Assembly: GCA_977017645.1 (NCBI GenBank)
Contig: OZ360226.1
Location: 29,078,001 to 29,142,000 of the forward strand
DNA from: Torpedo marmorata
Lineage: Eukaryota
Length of the DNA: 64,000 nt
Reading direction: 5' to 3'
In this document: positions 1-10,934 of the stretch, piece after piece
How the letters are laid out: the number at the start of each line of letters is the position of its first letter
How positions within the stretch are numbered: position 1 is the stretch's first letter
The notes under the pieces: model-generated
What the model was told of the DNA's origin: nothing
Databases searched by the model: none
What the model saw: the letters and a program-made list of their open reading frames with translations, nothing else
Position numbers and translations under genes: made by a program

Positions 1-775
1 GTATAGTGGAGGGTGGTCCTCCTGAAGTCCACGATCATCTCCTTTGTCTTGTCCACATTGTGACTCAGTTTGTTTTTCTCGCACCACATCACGAGATTTT
101 CCACCTCTTCTCTGTAGGGTGACTCATCATTATTGCTGATGAGGCCAACTACTGACAAACATCTGCAAACTTGACGACTGTGTTGGAGCTGGATCTGGCA
201 TTGCAGTTGTGGGTCAGGAGCGTGAACAGGAGCAGGCTGAACACACAGCCCTGAGGTGCGGCAGTGCTCAGCGTGATGGTGTTCGGCGCTCTGCTGCCCA
301 CCCGGACAGACTGTGGTCTTTCCGTAAGGAAACCCAGAATCCCGTTAGAGAGAGGATTGTTGAGTCCCAGCGAGAACAGCTTCTCCACCAGCCTCTGGGG
401 AATAATCATATTAAACACCAAGCTGAAGTCGATGAACAGCAGCCTGTCGTACGAGGCATCATTCTCCAGGTGGGTCAGGACTGAGTGGAGAAACGGTTTC
501 GTCTATAGGCGAATTGAAATGGGTCCAGAGTCTCTGGGAGGTGCGCTTTGATGCGTTCCCTCACCAGACGCTCAAAGCATTTCATAATGGTGGAGCTCAG
601 TGCGACGGGGTACTGGAGGTAGTCTTTGAGGCCTGTTACTGTCGCCCTCTTTGGTACCGGGTTGATGGTGGCTGTCTTGAAACCCGTGAGGACGATGGAA
701 AGCTGCAGTGATGAGTTGAGGGTGCCCATAAGGACCTCCGACAGTTGGTCTGCGCAGTCCTTCAGTACCGGATAA
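1..775 (-). mobile_element. Rex1/Babar LINE fragment (degenerate RT region), cut by the window edge
   Basis: ORFs 475..729 and 149..421 give [37 protein letters not shown] and KFADV; clearly similar to the copy at 12147-13408. Confidence 0.85.
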
Positions 776-779
776 GGTA

Positions 780-1117
780 TCTAATTTACCAATTTTTCCT
801 TCCAAAGTAAATGACCTCACATTTCCCAACATTGTACTCCGTCTGCCAGACCCTTGTCCACTCACTGAACCTAGCTACATTGCTCTGCAGATTCTCTGTC
901 CTCCACACAATTTGCTTTTCTGCCCATCAGCAAACTTAGATATGCTACATTTCTTTCCCTAATCCATTATGAACAGTTGTGTTACCCCCAACTCCATCCA
1001 TCCTTATGTCATGCAGAAGTCTTTTAAGCGGCACCTTATCAAATGCCTTCTGGAAATCCAAGGAGACAACATTCACCTGTTTCCCTCTATCCATTGTTGT
1101 ATCCTCAATAAACTTCA
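780..1117 (-). mobile_element. CR1 LINE RT fragment
   Basis: Reverse strand reads LDFQKAFDKVP (about 1030-1062) and WQTEYNVGKCEV (about 815-850), typical CR1 ORF2 motifs. Confidence 0.75.
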
Positions 1118-4100
1118 GTAAAGAAGGGGTAGAAGGTACAAACCCCGTGCTTTTCCTTCAGAAATGGATTCCACAGGTTCTGGGTAAGGAAAATATAGGG
1201 GAAACAATTGAAATTGAAAGAGCACATAGAACACTTATGCCACGCCCTGGATTGGACCAAAGATCCCGCTCTATCCTGGTGAAATGTTTAAGATACAAGG
1301 ATAGGGAAAAGATATTAAGAACAGCTGCGATAGGAGCAAAAACAAGAGGGGGTCCATTGGAAGTGGACGGCGAGAAGATACTTTTTTACCCAGACATAAG
1401 CGCTGCATTACAACAACGCAGACGTGAATTTGACCGTGTGGAGCATATCCTCCGACAAAAAGGATACAACTTTATTTTGCGACACCCAGCGACTTTGAAA
1501 ATAATACTGCCGGGTGGAGAGAAGAAATTATTTTCAGACATTAAGAAAGCCAAGGAATTCGTAAAAAATCTACCAGATATAACAGTAAAAAAAAGGGGAA
1601 ATGGTTTTCTCCTGAAACTGTAATAAGTTTTTTGTTCTATTATATCTTTTTCCTTATGTAAATACATATATATGAAAAAAAAACATTATTAGTAAATATG
1701 CTGGGAGGGCTGGGGAGGACGGAGGTTGTTTCCTTCAGCACAAACGCGTGTGTATGGGTGTGTTAGACCCGACCTGTATGGTAGAGGGAGGTGGTGTTAC
1801 TTCCTTTTTGTATACCAGTTTTGTTAAAGGGAGAAGTTCTTCATTATCTATATTCACAACTTTTCTACTTATCTTTCTGTCTTGGTTTACCTTAAAACCG
1901 ACACGTTGGGAGCTGGTCGTCTTACTCCAAAGGGCAAGAAATGATGGATTCTTGAGGAGTGGATATGGGGAGAGGGGGTGGGGGGGGGAAATAAAAGATA
2001 CTCTATCTGGAAGGCTTTGCTGAGCACCTCCTCTCTGTCTGCAACAACAGCGACCTCCCAGTAGCCAACCATTTCAATTCTGGGTCACACTCCCACTCAC
2101 ATGTCTGTCCATGGCCTTATGTACTATCCCACCCAGACTACCCGCAAATTGGAGGAACAACATCTCATTTTCTGTCTAGACACTCTCCAGCCAGATGGCA
2201 TTAACATTGACTTTTCTGCTTTCCACTAAACCTGCTTGTCATTTCCTTCCCCTCCCCCCTCACTTGTCCTTCCTGATTTTTTCCACCCACCCAGCCATCC
2301 CTCCTCCCCCTCTTTGCTGCTGTCCCCTCCCTCCTTTCTCCACCTATCATCTCCTGCCTTTGCCACCCCCCCCCTTCCCCCCTCACTCTTTTATTCGGAC
2401 GCCTGCCGGCATTTTCTCATACTTTGATGAAGGGCTCAAGCCCAAAACGTCGGTTATGTATTTCTACCTTTGCTACATAAAAGACACTGTTTGACCTGCT
2501 GAGTTTCTCCAGCATTTGTGTTTTTTACCTCTATCTGGAAGGGACCTTCGATGTGAATAGTAGCACAATAAGATATATCAGTTTTAATGTCAATGGTTTA
2601 AATGGACCTGTGAAAAGGAAGAGTCCTGGCATATATCAAAAAGATAGGAGTGGACCTGGCCTTCCTTCAAGAAACTCACTTAACAGAAAAAGAACACCAA
2701 AAATTGGAGAGGATGGGTGGGTCAGGTCATATCATCTTCATTTAACTCAAAAGCAAGGGGAGTAGCAATTTTAATAGGGAAAAATGTTCCAATTAAAGTG
2801 CAAGATGTAATTGCAGACCCTTCAGGTAGGTATATAATGCTTCACTGTCAGATATATTCAGAGCCCTGGACCCTGATGAATTTGTATGCTCCCAACACGG
2901 ATGATGAGAAATTTATACATGAAACATTTTTGAAATTGGCTGATGCACAGCAAAATATTATAGTGGGTGGAGACTTCAATTTTTGTCTGGATCCGGTTCT
3001 AGATAAGTCATGAAGAACAATCACAAGGACAAAAGCAGCTAAAGCTACTTTGCAGTTAATGAAGGAGCTGAATTTAATGGACGCCTGGAGAAGACTCCAT
3101 CCAAGGGAAAGGGACTATTCTTTTTATTCATGCAGACATGATTCATACTCCAGGATAGATTTATTTTTGATATCGGTTCAATTACAGAGTAGAATTGTGG
3201 CAGCTGAATATAAAGCAAGATTACTATCAGACCACTCACCTCTGATATTAAAAATTACAATGCCAGATAAACAAAAGACGGTGTATAGATGGAGATTAAA
3301 TTCAGGGCTGTTGAGAAGACAGGAGTTTTGTAATTTTATTAGAAAAGAAATTACAGCGTTCTGAGAGACCAACTGTACTTCTACTACAGATAAATTTATT
3401 ATCTGTGATACTTTAAAAGCATATTGTCGAGGACAAATAATCAGTTATACTACAAAGATAAAAAAGGAATATACAAGAGAGGTGGATGAATTAGAACACG
3501 AGATATCTCATTTGGAAAAAGACCTTCAAAAGTCAGGCTCAGAGGAAAAACGTAGAAAATTAATTAATAAAAAGCTCAAGTATAATACATTACAAACATA
3601 TAAAATTGAGAAAATGATAACCAGAACTAAACAAAAATACTATGAGCTAGGGGAAAGAGCCCAAAAGGTCTTAGCATGGCAGTTGAAAACAGAACAGGTC
3701 TCAAGAACGATTAATGCGATCAAAATGGAAACGGACAGGATTTCCTATAAACCACAGGATATTAATGAGGCCTTTAAACAATTTTACACTAAACTATATG
3801 AATCAGAATCTCAAAGGAATATTAGTGAAATTGAAGGATTCCTGTCACAATTGGATCTTCCAAGTCTAGATTTAGAAGAACAGAGGGAGCTCAATGCCCC
3901 CTTTACCCAAGTAGAGATGGAGGGGGCACTGGGTTTGTTGCAAATTAATAAATCTCTGGGAGAGGATGGATTTCCACCTGAATTTTACAAAGAATTTAAA
4001 GATCTTTTGATACCACTACTTATGGAGGTGTTGGATCAAGCGGTCGAGACACATACCCTCCCGGAATCATTCTCAACAGCAATAATTAAAGTGATACCCA

Positions 4101-4490
4101 AAAAAGATAGGGATCCATTAACGCCGTCTTCTTATAGACCTATTTCATTATTAAATTCAGACTATAAGATCATTGCAAAAGCTTTGGCAAACAGACTGGC
4201 AGTTTTTTTGCCAAAATTGATAAATATGGACCAAACAGGCTTTATACGAAAAAGACAAATAGTAGATAATGTAAGCAGATTGCTTACTATAATACATCTG
4301 GCACAATCAAGAGGGGATCAAGGTGTCACTGTGGCCCTGGATGCAGAAAAAGCTTTTGATAGAGTGGAGTGGGATTTTTTATTTAAAGTGCTGGAACGAT
4401 TTGGACTTGGACAGAATTTTATAAACTGGATTAAAGCTTTATATAATAAGCCCCAAGCTAGAGTTGTGACCAATGGACAAATTTCCTCAG
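1118..4490 (+). mobile_element. L1/Tx1-clade LINE, truncated at both ends (ORF1 C-terminus, APE endonuclease, N-terminal part of RT)
   Basis: ORF1 EIERAHR..ILVKCLRYKDREKIL..FYPDIS; APE SFNVNGL, GGDFN, YSRIDLFL, SDHSP; RT YRPISLLN, DQTGF, LDAEKAFDRVEW; several stops and frameshifts. Confidence 0.9.
2015..2528 (+). mobile_element. 5'-truncated Penelope-like element (GIY-YIG C-terminus plus pLTR) inserted in the L1 inter-ORF spacer
   Basis: RKLEEQHLIFCLDTLQPDGINIDFS, then the pLTR motif GACCTGCTGAGTTTCTCCAGC; 14-bp TSD CTCTATCTGGAAGG at 2001-2014 and 2529-2542. Confidence 0.85.
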
Positions 4491-4491
4491 C

Positions 4492-4972
4492 GGACCAGTG
4501 AGGGGCTCTGAGGCTGAAGGACCAGTGCATGCGGCGGGCTGCTGGCGACTCGAGGCGAGGAACCTGCGGAGGCTGTGGGCTGCTGGAGACTGTTGTTGGG
4601 AGACTCGCGCCGGGCTACGGACTGCTGGAGGCTGGCTCGAACTGGCTGGAGGAGTACCAGGTATCGGAACCAGGATGCGAGGGAGTGCCGAGGGCGCCCT
4701 GACCGTGTTGGAGGGTCGGATCTGCAGCTCGGGTTGCCGATGGTTTGGACTGGACTCTGAGGCTGCGGAAGCGCTGGAGGCAGATCTATGGACACTCGGT
4801 GACTCTGGGGGGACTCTCTTTTGCTTCTCTTTCTCTGACTGTAAGGAATGTAAGATGCGCTTAGGCAATTTCTGCCGGTGGCAAATCTGTCTGCCTTGCA
4901 GCAGGCAAAAAGAAATTTCATGGAATGTAACACTGTTTTATTACTATGACAATAAATTGAATCTTGAATCTT
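4492..4972 (+). mobile_element. GC-rich non-autonomous retroelement (SINE-like) with Rex1-type 3' tail, copy 1
   Basis: Highly similar to 28261-28712; ends ATGACAATAAATTGAATCTTGAATCTT. Confidence 0.75.
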
Positions 4973-5589
4973 AAAACTTCATTTTAATCAGGTTCACCAT
5001 CCCACTCCTTGCTAAATTTTTCAAGTCCAGACATCATCCTGGTAATGTTTCCCTGCAACCTCTCCAAGACCTGGATATCTTTCCTAAAATACACTCCCTA
5101 GAATTATACACAACATTCCATCTTTGTTCCTCTCTCTTCACACCCCTCACAAAACAGTAAGACTAATTACACTTGCTCTTCACATTTCTCCCAAAAAGCA
5201 TTACTTCAAACTTGTCTGCATTAAACACAGTCTTCTTTGTGTTCTTCCAGGTCAATACTGGAATTGTATTCCTAATCCCATCATTTTGGCCAAGGTACAT
5301 TCCTGAAAACTGGAAATAAATGTGACATCCCTTTAAAAAAAACAAGAGGGCAATAAACTAGGCAGATATGGTCCTATTAATCCAGCATCAATAGCGTACA
5401 AGCAAACTTGATTACACTGGCAAATTTGGCGTGAGATGCAATACGGAGATGAATTTCAAACATAAAAACAATAAAATCACGTACAATTAGATGGCATAAT
5501 TTGACAGTTGAATCAATAAATTTTACTTATCCTTGAATTTTTCTCAAAAATCTCACATAACGCCAACCTGTGCATATTATTAGAAGACC

Positions 5590-5968
5590 TCTCCTGAACC
5601 CAGAACATCAAGGAAACCGTGAAGAAGGCACACCAACACCTCTACTTACTAAAAAGTCTGAGGAGATTTGGCATGCTGTCGATTACTCTATCAAACTTCT
5701 ACAGGTACACTGCGGAAAGTACACTGACTGGTGGCATCACAGCCTGGTTTGGGAATTCAAATGTCCAGGAACACAGAGGGCTCAAGGAGGTAGTAACCAT
5801 AGCCAAGTCCATCACAGGCACCGCCCTCCCATCTACTGAAGACATGTGTGAGAAACTGCTTCAAGAAGGCAGCCAAAATCATAAAAAACCCCCATCACAA
5901 CCTCTACTCACCACTATCTTCAGGAAGAAGGTACAGAAGCCTGAAGTCCAGCACCTTTAGGTTTAAGA
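5590..5968 (+). mobile_element. Rex1/Babar 3' ORF fragment
   Basis: KKAHQHLYLLKSLRRFGM..NFYRYTAESTLTGGITAWFGN..SGRRYRSL. Confidence 0.8.
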
Positions 5969-5974
5969 ACAGTA

Positions 5975-6090
5975 AGGACAGGCGAGTGTGCATGGGAGAA
6001 CACTGGCGGGGAGGAGGGGAGGGGTGTGGGTTGGTGCAGGCAGGTTACCTGAAACTGGAAAATTCAATGTACATACCATTAGGCTGTAAG
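5975..6090 (-). mobile_element. Penelope-like element remnant (GIY-YIG C-terminus)
   Basis: Reverse strand LQPNGMYIEFSSFR, followed by a C-rich tract on that strand. Confidence 0.55.
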
Positions 6091-6336
6091 ATACAGCATC
6101 TAGTTTATTTTGTCTTCATCCCTAATTATGCCTTTATCCTATTTGTGTGCCTGTGCTAATTAATGGCAGAAGAAAAGTTGCATATGTTAAAAAGAAATTA
6201 AGAGGCAAAACCCTGATCCAGAGACAGTTGCTGCATCATCACTATTAAGATGGAGTAGAAAACAAAGCCATGTTTTCCTTGTTTGTTATGTTTCAGTTCA
6301 GCGTGAGTCAGTCATTGGATAAATTTCATGGTAATT

Positions 6337-7545
6337 TCAGAATCAGAATTTATTGTCATGAACAAGTCATGAAATTCGGTGTTTTGCGGCAGCATCATAG
6401 ATGGTTAATATGAATGTTAATTGCACTAATGACATTACTATAAAAATTATAAACAATAGTGCACGAAAAGTAAGGCAGTGTCTTTGGTTCATTGATTATT
6501 CAGGAATCTGATGGCAGCGGGGAAGAAGCTGTCCTTGTGCCGTTGAGTGCTCGTCTTTAGGCTCCTGTACCTTTTTCCCGATGGAAGCAGAGTGAAGAGG
6601 GCATGGCCTGGGTGGTGGGGGGTCTTTGAGGATAGAGGCTGCTTTTTTAAGACACCGCCTCATGTAGATGTCCTCGATGGAGTGAAGTTTGGTGCCTGTG
6701 ATGTCACAGGCCGAGTTAACAACCTTCTGGAGCTTACTCTTGTCCTGGGAGTTGGCGCCTCCATACCAGGCCGCGATGCAACCAGCCAGAATGCTCTCCA
6801 CGGTACACCTGTAGAAGTTTACGAGAGTCTTTGGTGACATGCCGAATCTCCGCAGACACCTCACAAAGTATAGCCGCTAACGAGCCTTCTTTGTGATTGC
6901 ATCAACGTGGAGGCTCCAGGACAGATCCTCGGAGATGTTGACACCCAGGAAGTTGAAGTTCTTGACCCTCTCCACGACTGAGCCCTCAATGAGGACTGGG
7001 TCGTGTTCCCTGGACTTCCTCCTGAAGTCCACAATCATCTCCTTGGTTTTGCTGACGTTGAGCTCAAGGTTGTTGTCATTACACCATTCAACGAGCTGAT
7101 CTATCTCCCTCCTGTATGCTTCCTCATTGCCGTTTGTGATTCTGCCGACAACTGTGGTGTCATCGGCAAACTTGTAGATGGCATTGGAATTGTGCCTGGC
7201 CGCAGTCATGGGTGTATAACGAGTAGAGCAGTGGACTAAGCACGCTTCCTTGGGGTGCGCCTGTGTTGATAATCAGTGAGGAGGAGACATTGTTTCCAAT
7301 TCGTACTGACTGTGGTCTTCTGATGAGAAAGTCAAGGATCCAGTTGCAGAGGGGGGTACAGAGGCCTAGAGTTTGTAGTTTCTTGACCAGCACTGAGGGA
7401 ATAATGGTATTGAAGGCCGAGCTGTAGTCCATGAAGAGCAACCGTATGTATGAATTGATGTTTTCGAGGTGATCCAGAGCTGAGTGGAGAGCCAGCGATA
7501 TTGCATCTGCTGTGGAGCGATTGTGGCGATAGGCGAATTGCAGTG
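6337..7545 (-). mobile_element. Rex1/Babar LINE, 5'-truncated, relatively young
   Basis: ORFs 7160..7564, 6877..7209 and 6496..6864 ([36 protein letters not shown]); 3' end AATAAA plus (ATTCTG)n tail at about 6337-6356. Confidence 0.9.
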
Positions 7546-8025
7546 GCGAATTTGCTACAATCACCAGTTTAAAAAGTTGAACCCGAATCTAGTGAGCCTT
7601 GAGAAAGTTTTCTTTTGCACAAAACCTCAAAAGGTTTCCTATATTACAACTGAACTGTACTTCAAAAATCTTTGGGAAGTCTGGAGGTTATGAAAATACA
7701 GATATTTTTGATTACAAGAGTAGACTTCGATATATACAAATCAGATGAGGGTTCAGAGGCATTTTGCCAGAATCATTTTTGTTTTGTTAATGGTTTCCTC
7801 CCGTGCACATCAACCTCATTCCCCCAAGCCATATGTCTTCTATTGTTTTACAATAAAAGACAGAAATACAACTAGTCATTGATTAAATAACACCGACAAT
7901 GAAAATAAAAATGTGTATTTCAGTATAAGCAATTTTGTGCACATCAGTTTAATAACTTTATATCACTGAATACTGCAGATGTTTGGGTATTAACAAAAAA
8001 ATGTGATAGATGATAAATATTCAGT

Positions 8026-8396
8026 TGTGGCGTCCCGCCACCACGGAGATCGAGCCGGCACATCGCGCGGTAGTAAACAGCGGCATAACACACTGTAACG
8101 CGACCCTTAGCATAGCGAAGCGGCACGGTTGAAAGCTGGAGCAGTACAAGACCAGCAGCCCTAAAATGGCGCTGGCCAAGCTGCCCAGCTAACAGATCAA
8201 TACCAGGCTGGGGAAGAAGGGTATTCATATGCAAGAACGTTCCCGCCCGCTATTGTTATTCATGCAGCTGATGTCAACCAATCAACCAAACGGCGGGAAC
8301 TCCAACTGTATAAAAGAAGCATTTCCAGCCTCAATAAAGCAGAGAGCTTAACCTTCCACACTGCGTGTGTGTGTTTCTTCGTAGCAGTCGGCTACA
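8026..8396 (+). mobile_element. Solo LTR (371 bp), probably Gypsy-type
   Basis: TGTGGC...GCTACA imperfect inverted termini; 4-bp TSD CAGT at 8022-8025 and 8397-8400; CCAAT 8278, TATAAAA 8309, AATAAA 8333. Confidence 0.8.
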
Positions 8397-8459
8397 CAGT
8401 TATCTTTTGTATTCATTGTCTCTTTTTAATTTTATCTAAACTATTAGAGGTTTTTTTTA

Positions 8460-8545
8460 AAAAGTACCTGTTCAGCTGCAGCAAATTTGAATTTTGGTGC
8501 ATGTGTACATCGTGCAATGTGTATGACAATAAACTCATCATCATT
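8460..8545 (+). mobile_element. Rex1-type 3' UTR remnant
   Basis: GCTGCAGCAA..GAATTTT..ATGACAATAAA plus a short (TCA)n tail. Confidence 0.45.
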
Positions 8546-9039
8546 TATCAATGTTCATTGGCGTTACTTTGTGCTGCACTTCCAATCATCCCTTTAAAGA
8601 TACATTGTAATAGCAGATATTTCATTGAAGTCATTCTGTTTACATTTGTCAATTTTTCCAAGCATACAGATATATCAATGTTTGGGTAATTGCTCAATAA
8701 ATATACAACACAGATCATTTAAAATTGAAACTGCAGTATCCTTATGATGGACAAATGTACTCAAGAGCTGGTAGCATCAACCCAGTTGTGAGGTATGACC
8801 AACAATGATAAATGTCTTCTGGAAGAAGCTCTTTAAATAAACGCAGGACAACACAAAGCACCCACAAACAATCAAATAATCAGTATGCTGAGCACTAATA
8901 ATTAACCCCAATGGACACCAAATTCAAAATAGTACCATCACCATCTAAGAAAGCACATGGGGTCTCAGCTATCATCTCATCTGAAACCAGCCTCTTCCAC
9001 CAGCATAGCACTCCATTGGCAACACACACCTGCTTTTTT

Positions 9040-9360
9040 TCCAGGCTTTTTCCATTGAGGCTGGGTGAGACAAGAACTGGAGGACATAGGTTAATGGTGA
9101 AAGGTGAAATGTTTAAAGGGAACATTCACACAGAGAGTGATCAGAGTGGGGAACGAGATGCTAGCTGAAGTGGTGTTCGTGGGCTCAATTTTAACATATA
9201 AGAAAAATTTGGATAGGTACATAGATGGGACAGGCATGGAGGGCTATGGTCCAGATCAATTAGACTAGGGCAGTCCCAATAGTCACTAGGCAGAATACTA
9301 GTTTGGCACAGATTAGATGAGCTGAATGGCCAATTTCTGTGCTATAGTGTTCTATGGTCC
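9040..9360 (+). mobile_element. CR1 LINE 3' end
   Basis: LFPLRLGETRTGGHRLMVKGEMFKGN (CR1 ORF2 C-terminus) and the 3' UTR GCTGAATGGCC..TTCTGTGCT..TTCTATG. Confidence 0.75.
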
Positions 9361-9499
9361 TGCAGCACAACATTCCCACAGCATTACCCTCTGACAGTTT
9401 AGTCTTTCAGTTCACTGCTTCTCCGAAAATGCCACACTGCCTTCCCACTGCAATTTCCATACACATTCCCTCTCTGCTGCTGCTCCAACAATGATGTGT

Positions 9500-9960
9500 T
9501 CTCTTAGCAATGCAATTGTTGCATTGACCGCTGCTCCCACTTTCCAGTGTGACATTCCCTCAGGAATGTCCGCTCCTACCCCCCCCCCCACCCCCCAAGT
9601 ATCCAGCTTTCTCCCACTGCCCCTCTCAGTGCCCCGCACTCTCCCCTACAAACTCCAGACCCACACACCCTTCCTGCTACCATCCCTGCAGGTGCCATTC
9701 TTTCCACCTTGCAGTAACACCATCCCTTTCCCACCCCTGCACACCCTCCCTCCTCCTGCCTTTCACCAACCCTCCTATTCCACACCTCCAGTGCCACCCT
9801 CCTCCGCTTCCCCTCCAGTGCCACCCTCCATTGCCCCTCCGATGCCATACTCCCTCTCTTGCCGCCAAGTTCCGCATCTCTTGCAGTCCCACGCTCCCTC
9901 CCATTCCCCTCTCCAGTTCCACATTCCCCGCACATACATCTGTGCCAGCCTCAGCGGGCA
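9500..9960. repeat. C-rich low-complexity tract (G-rich on the minus strand)
   Basis: Dense C runs and short CCAGTGCCACCCTCC repeats; source of several spurious Pro- or Gly-rich ORFs. Confidence 0.7.
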
Positions 9961-10184
9961 CACATTCCCTGAAAAGACGGTGTCTGGGTAGGCCCGGCAC
10001 CGAAGTTGTATTGGAGAAAGGTCCACTGTTCTGACACTGAATGGAAAGTCATGACCCCTGTCCCCCCGCCAGAGGTAGCATCGCATTCCCTGGAAACGAG
10101 CTCCGCACACAGACTTCTCTCCGCTGCGGCCGATGTTTTGATGCTAACAGCTCTTAATCCGCGTCACCCCAAACGGCCGCTCAC

Positions 10185-10238
10185 CTTCTGGGCCAGCATT
10201 GCGCGCCACAAAACGGCACTGACTCTGTACGCCGCCAT
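10185..10238 (-). CDS. PCCA: Probable first coding exon of propionyl-CoA carboxylase alpha chain (mitochondrial targeting peptide MAAYRVSAVLWRAMLAQK)
   Basis: ATG in Kozak context (gcagctATGG), 18 codons, phase-0 donor AAG|GTGAGC, CpG-rich setting. The peptide is basic with no acidic residues. Identity rests on the conserved ZIC5-ZIC2-PCCA order and orientation, not on sequence homology. Confidence 0.6.
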
Positions 10239-10239
10239 A

Positions 10240-10345
10240 GCTGCTGTCTGACCTCCAGCCCCGGGACACCCGGGCCGCGAGCCAATCAGCGCTCAGCCAA
10301 CTCAAGCACCGTGACGTTTCAGCTGTAGCCTCGCCCATTGGAGGG
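10240..10345 (-). promoter_or_regulatory. CpG-rich housekeeping-type promoter of the exon at 10185-10238
   Basis: CCAAT boxes at 10282-10286 and 10337-10341 (ATTGG), TGACGT CRE/ATF-like site at 10312-10317, local CpG enrichment from about 10000 to 10335. Confidence 0.6.
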
Positions 10346-10524
10346 CAGGCTGCTGAAATTATATGAATGGATGTCAATTTCAGGCTGTCAAAGTAGGACA
10401 AGCAAAGGTCTGCATTTCTATAGCACCTCTCAAGTCCCACTGCACTTCACAACCAATAAAATGTTTTAAAAGTGTGGTCAATGTTGTACCGTAGAAAGCG
10501 CAACTGCTTGTACATAGGGGAAAC

Positions 10525-10640
10525 ACAAACAAAACTGCAGATGCTGGAATCTTGGGCAAATCAGAGAAGCTGGAGGGACTCAGCGGGTCAGGCGGGTCAT
10601 CTTTCTCCATGGATGCTGCCTGACCTGCTGAGTCCTCCAC
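10525..10640. mobile_element. Two Penelope pLTR fragments in inverted orientation
   Basis: TGGAGGGACTCAGCGGGTCAGGC (10571-10593) is a near-perfect reverse complement of GCCTGACCTGCTGAGTCCTCCA (10618-10639). Confidence 0.65.
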
Positions 10641-10934
10641 CTTTCCCTTTGTCTGCTATGTTTGTACATGTTAAACAAAATTTGCAGATGCTGAAAATAT
10701 CAAATAAAACCAGAAAAACTGAAAATATTGGTAGCATTTGTTGAGAGGCCAGATATTTTATGTCATCAGAACCGAATGTTTTTATTTTACACAAGATGTT
10801 TGTTTCTTGATTTCATTGAACTAGACGGGATAAAGTTGTAGATGGCACAAGAACCAGGTGCATGACTAATTCCTGAGAATGTCTTTAAACTATTTGTAGA
10901 TCGAGCAAACACATTTTTATGAGGCAAACAATGA

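Noticed and set aside
4458-4974. Overlapping 136-158-aa ORFs
   Set aside because: They lie in a GC-rich repeat and the frames are not preserved in copy 2 (28261-28712)
9491-10110. Several Pro- or Gly-rich ORFs of 107-166 aa
   Set aside because: Products of C-rich low-complexity DNA that is open in many frames
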